Source: Podarcis filfolensis | Taxonomy: Eukaryota | Strand: one strand, 5' to 3' | Assembly: GCA_964270895.1 (NCBI GenBank) | Contig: OZ185437.1 | DNA: 64,000 nt | Part shown: positions 61,006 to 64,000 of the stretch, in pieces | Layout of the letters: every line of letters begins with the position of its first letter | Numbering within the stretch: position 1 is the first letter of the stretch | The notes under the pieces: generated by a model | Databases searched by the model: none | The model's input: the letters and a program-made list of their open reading frames with translations, nothing else | What the model was told of the DNA's origin: nothing | Made by a program: the position numbers and the translations under genes

Positions 61006-62393
61006 GCCCTAGATTCTGTCAGACTCAATCCTATCACTTGCCAGATTCACCCAGAAAATGCTCTACAACGTACCTTCGCGATTCCATCTTCTCTACCCCA
61101 AACTGCTAGACTTCTCTAGGTTATACTCTGCTCCACTTCCTGGCCCCACAGTATTTTTCAAACCAAATGTATACAACAACTCTAATTGTAACCATGGGAT
61201 TATGATACCTGATCAGGGTGATTATGATGACATAATAACCTTATCCAGCACTTGGGCATGACTACCAAGCAGGCAAAAATAAAGGCCAATTCATACAGCC
61301 ATATGAATTGGCCTCACATTTGCTTGCCAACAGTTAGATCCAAGGAATTGGTACAATAAACACATGAGCAACAATGCATGACTGATGCTATTCAGTTAAA
61401 GAAGAAGAAGAAGCTGCCTTTAAGCAGTAAATATGCACAAGCGTTTTCGGGACAGGCAATTAGCCAAAACAGTTTTAATCTCCCGAGAAGCAGGTTTAAT
61501 GCTGTGCTTAGAATGCTGTGTGATTAATCTTTGACTGAAGAAAAACAAATGGTATGGTGATATTTCTTAGTCCACATAAAGGTAGGTCTCATATTCTGTG
61601 AGTATTACTATCTATCAGAAGAGGAGCCAGGGCTGGAAGTGTAAAATTAAGTGAACACCCAAGTATAATCTTGTTTGTTTTTTTTAATTGCTGTAATTAG
61701 GTAATGCATGCACATATGAAAAATTCCTAGCCTCCATACTCATAAAGGATAATAATGGACAGGTGCGTGAGACAGCCATACATTTCTCTGCACGAGGGAA
61801 TTGCTAAAAGCCATCATAGACCATGCCAGGACATGTGCTGCTCATTAAAAATAATGCACGTGACTGAAGAAGGAATGGAAAGATTTCTGATCTAGACAAC
61901 GCCTGTCACACCTTCTCATTGAAGAGGCTTCACTTACAGAAACTGTTGTGATTCCATTAGACCATATTCAGTCTAAAATGAAATAAATTATGCAAAAGTC
62001 AGGTTGACATATTAAATGCTTTAGATGCAAGTTTAGCTCAATTTGGTGTGCACCTTTGCATTTTGACGTATTACCTCACTTCCACAACCCACCTTTAGCC
62101 TTATTAGTGACTATACCTCATTCATGAGGAAATAAGAGTGCATTTCAATTGTTCAAAGCCAAGTGCATACATTTCCTCAGTAACCCTTTAAACATTAACT
62201 GTAAGTTAGGCCTGCTTGATCATTGCCATAATGCAGACTGGGGTTGTGGGTGGAGCTGAGCAAACTTTGGCCTGCCTGAAGTCAGCTAGCCTACTGATAA
62301 ACAAGAAGATTTGAACAGAATAAATTTCAGACCCTTCATTCGCACTCTTAGCTATTATTTCACAGCAGTGGTGGCTTCTTCCTCCATCTAGCA

Positions 62394-62816
62394 CAGGGGT
62401 CCCCAACCTGCGGCCCATGGACCGGAAGGGGCCCACGGAGACTGTTTAACCAGCCCACGAGCCGCCCCCAAACCGAGCCACCTGCTTGGTGAGTCCCCGC
62501 GCGCTGCGCTAAACCAGCGTGGCGCAGCGCAGTGCCTCTTTTCCATGGCTCCAGAAATTGCTTCTGCACATGCCCAGATGCCGGAAATTGCAGCTGCGCA
62601 AGTCTGTGGCGCTGGAAATCGCTTCTGTGCATGCCAATATACCGAAAATCGCTTCTGCGCAGGCGCGATTTTTGGCATCTGGGCATGCGCAGAAGAGATT
62701 TCCAGTTCCACAGACGCACAGATGCGATTTCCGGCGTCGCGCTGCGCCAGCCCGGCCCACGGAGGATCTCCGCAGGAGTGATCCAGCCTATTCCCGGTAA
62801 GCCTTGCCGACCCCGG
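62394..62816. mobile_element. CpG-rich non-autonomous hAT element, 423 bp, 8-bp TSD ATCTAGCA
   Basis: Imperfect TIRs caggggtccccaa / ttgccgaccccgg; TSD at 62386-62393 and 62817-62824. Confidence 0.9.
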
Positions 62817-63377
62817 ATCTAGCAGAAGGACTTTCTCCTTCATATCTTCACATTCACTAAACACAACGGGAAAGATCCAGCTAATCCGTTCTCTAGAAAA
62901 TATTTTTAGGTACAGGATTCACCTAATGAGCCCCATCAACAGAAGCCCTGTGCAAGGACTTCCACTTGAACAATGGGGCTTTCCCCCTCCTCTCCCCCCA
63001 AATTGGCAGGGGCGTGCACAGTGGAGGCAGAATAATCCCTAGAAAAACACAAGGGGAGAGAAGAGAGAGGAATGTTCCATTTGGCAAGCTCAAATGCTTG
63101 CTCAGAGAGAATAACTGGAAGAGCGTGATAAAGAATTCCATCCATATAATCCATCCACGTTGCCTTGGAAGCAGAGTTGAATGGGAAGCACATTCCAGCC
63201 TCTACTACCTGCTTGGAAACTAAGGGCCACTGGGAGGCTGCATCCATAGCCTTGTAGAAATAACACTGCAGCAAGTGCAAGGCCAACCTGGCCCCATCCA
63301 TCCAGCAGAGAAAGGAGCAGCTTCTCCCTCCCTGCCTGTTGCTCTGGGGCTGCAGAACCAAAGGAAGACTATGGTCT

Positions 63378-63707
63378 AAGGTAAAGGTAAAGGGACCTGA
63401 CTCTGGGGTTGCGTGCTCATCTCACTTTATTGGCCAAGGGAGCCGGCGTACAGCTTCCAGGTCATGTGGCCAGCATGACTAAGCCGCTTGTGGTGAACCA
63501 GAGCAGTGCATGGAAATGCCGTTTGCCTTCCCGCCGGAGCGGTACCTATTTATCTACTTGCACTTTGATGTGCTTTCGAACTGCTAGGTTGGCAGGAGCT
63601 GGGACCGAGCAACAGGAGCTCACCCCGTCGCAGGGATTCGAACCGCCGACCTTCTGATCGGCAAGTCCTAGGCTCTGTGGTTTAACCCACATCGCCACCC
63701 GCGTCCC
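63378..63707 (-). mobile_element. Sauria SINE (full 5' end gggacgcgggtggcg)
   Basis: Near-identical head to the 36155 copy. Confidence 0.93.
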
Positions 63708-64000
63708 ATGCTCTAGCAAAGCTATATAGGCCAAAGGACTAAGGACTGATGCTACTGCTGCGCGCGCTCTCTCTCTCTGTATGTGTGTAAAGAAACAGTT
63801 TTGGGTTTGTTTTTGTATTATTACAACCTGCTGTTTGTACTGTAATTCACATTGAGAATCATTTGATTGATTGGCAGGGTATATTTACTCAGAGTAAGTA
63901 AATAAGTAATGAAAAATCTTATCAACAAAGTCCTCTCAAAATTCTAACCCCCAGTTTAGATCTCTCACCAACTGTTCACACATACAGCAACATAAGGGAT

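Noticed and set aside
61938-61957. ATG GAA TCA CAA CAG TTT CT|gtaagt, which could splice in phase onto the PDLID exon as an alternative start
   Set aside because: Only 20 nt; a gtaagt hexamer is expected by chance in an 8-kb AT-rich intron and there is no other support.
62388-62864. ORF beginning MFSECEDMKEKVLLL, superficially like DST ESEDMSAKERLLL
   Set aside because: It runs straight into the hAT MITE and lacks the following W...CENFTTCWRDG motif. The real exon was not found in 55778-64000 and is probably upstream of the window.
1-64000. CRISPR arrays, rRNA, prokaryotic systems or a nested independent protein-coding gene
   Set aside because: None seen. The sequence is vertebrate intron/exon DNA, and the remaining short ORFs lack homology cues or splice support.

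Overview
Vertebrate genomic DNA from a squamate reptile (Sauria SINEs; their sequence style suggests a lacertid lizard). The whole window lies inside one gene, dystonin (DST/BPAG1), on the minus strand. I hand-spliced 36 coding exons with consistent phases. They run from the second half of CH2 (55777) through the plakin/SH3 domain to the isoform branch point at 24530. The epithelial isoform BPAG1e is complete here: its own first exon at 49103, 21 shared exons, a 2.7-kb coiled-coil rod exon and a plakin-repeat tail exon, giving 24 exons and about 2598 aa. The neuronal/muscle a/b isoforms continue with three spectrin-repeat exons, a 5.7-kb b-type giant exon and three further exons. The gene's 5' and 3' ends are outside the window. 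Introns carry SINEs, L1/L2 fragments, hAT MITEs with intact TSDs, microsatellites and a 135-N gap. I see no wholly new biological system. The best novelty lead is a phase-compatible two-exon ORF (24167-23738 + 23130-22946, 205 aa) at the isoform branch point, which could be an unannotated internal start or cassette. Other leads: a candidate exon behind a 167-nt AG-free zone between rod and tail, a cryptic 12-residue repeat in the giant exon, and a probable GC-AG intron. All homology statements come from memory of mammalian DST and were not searched.
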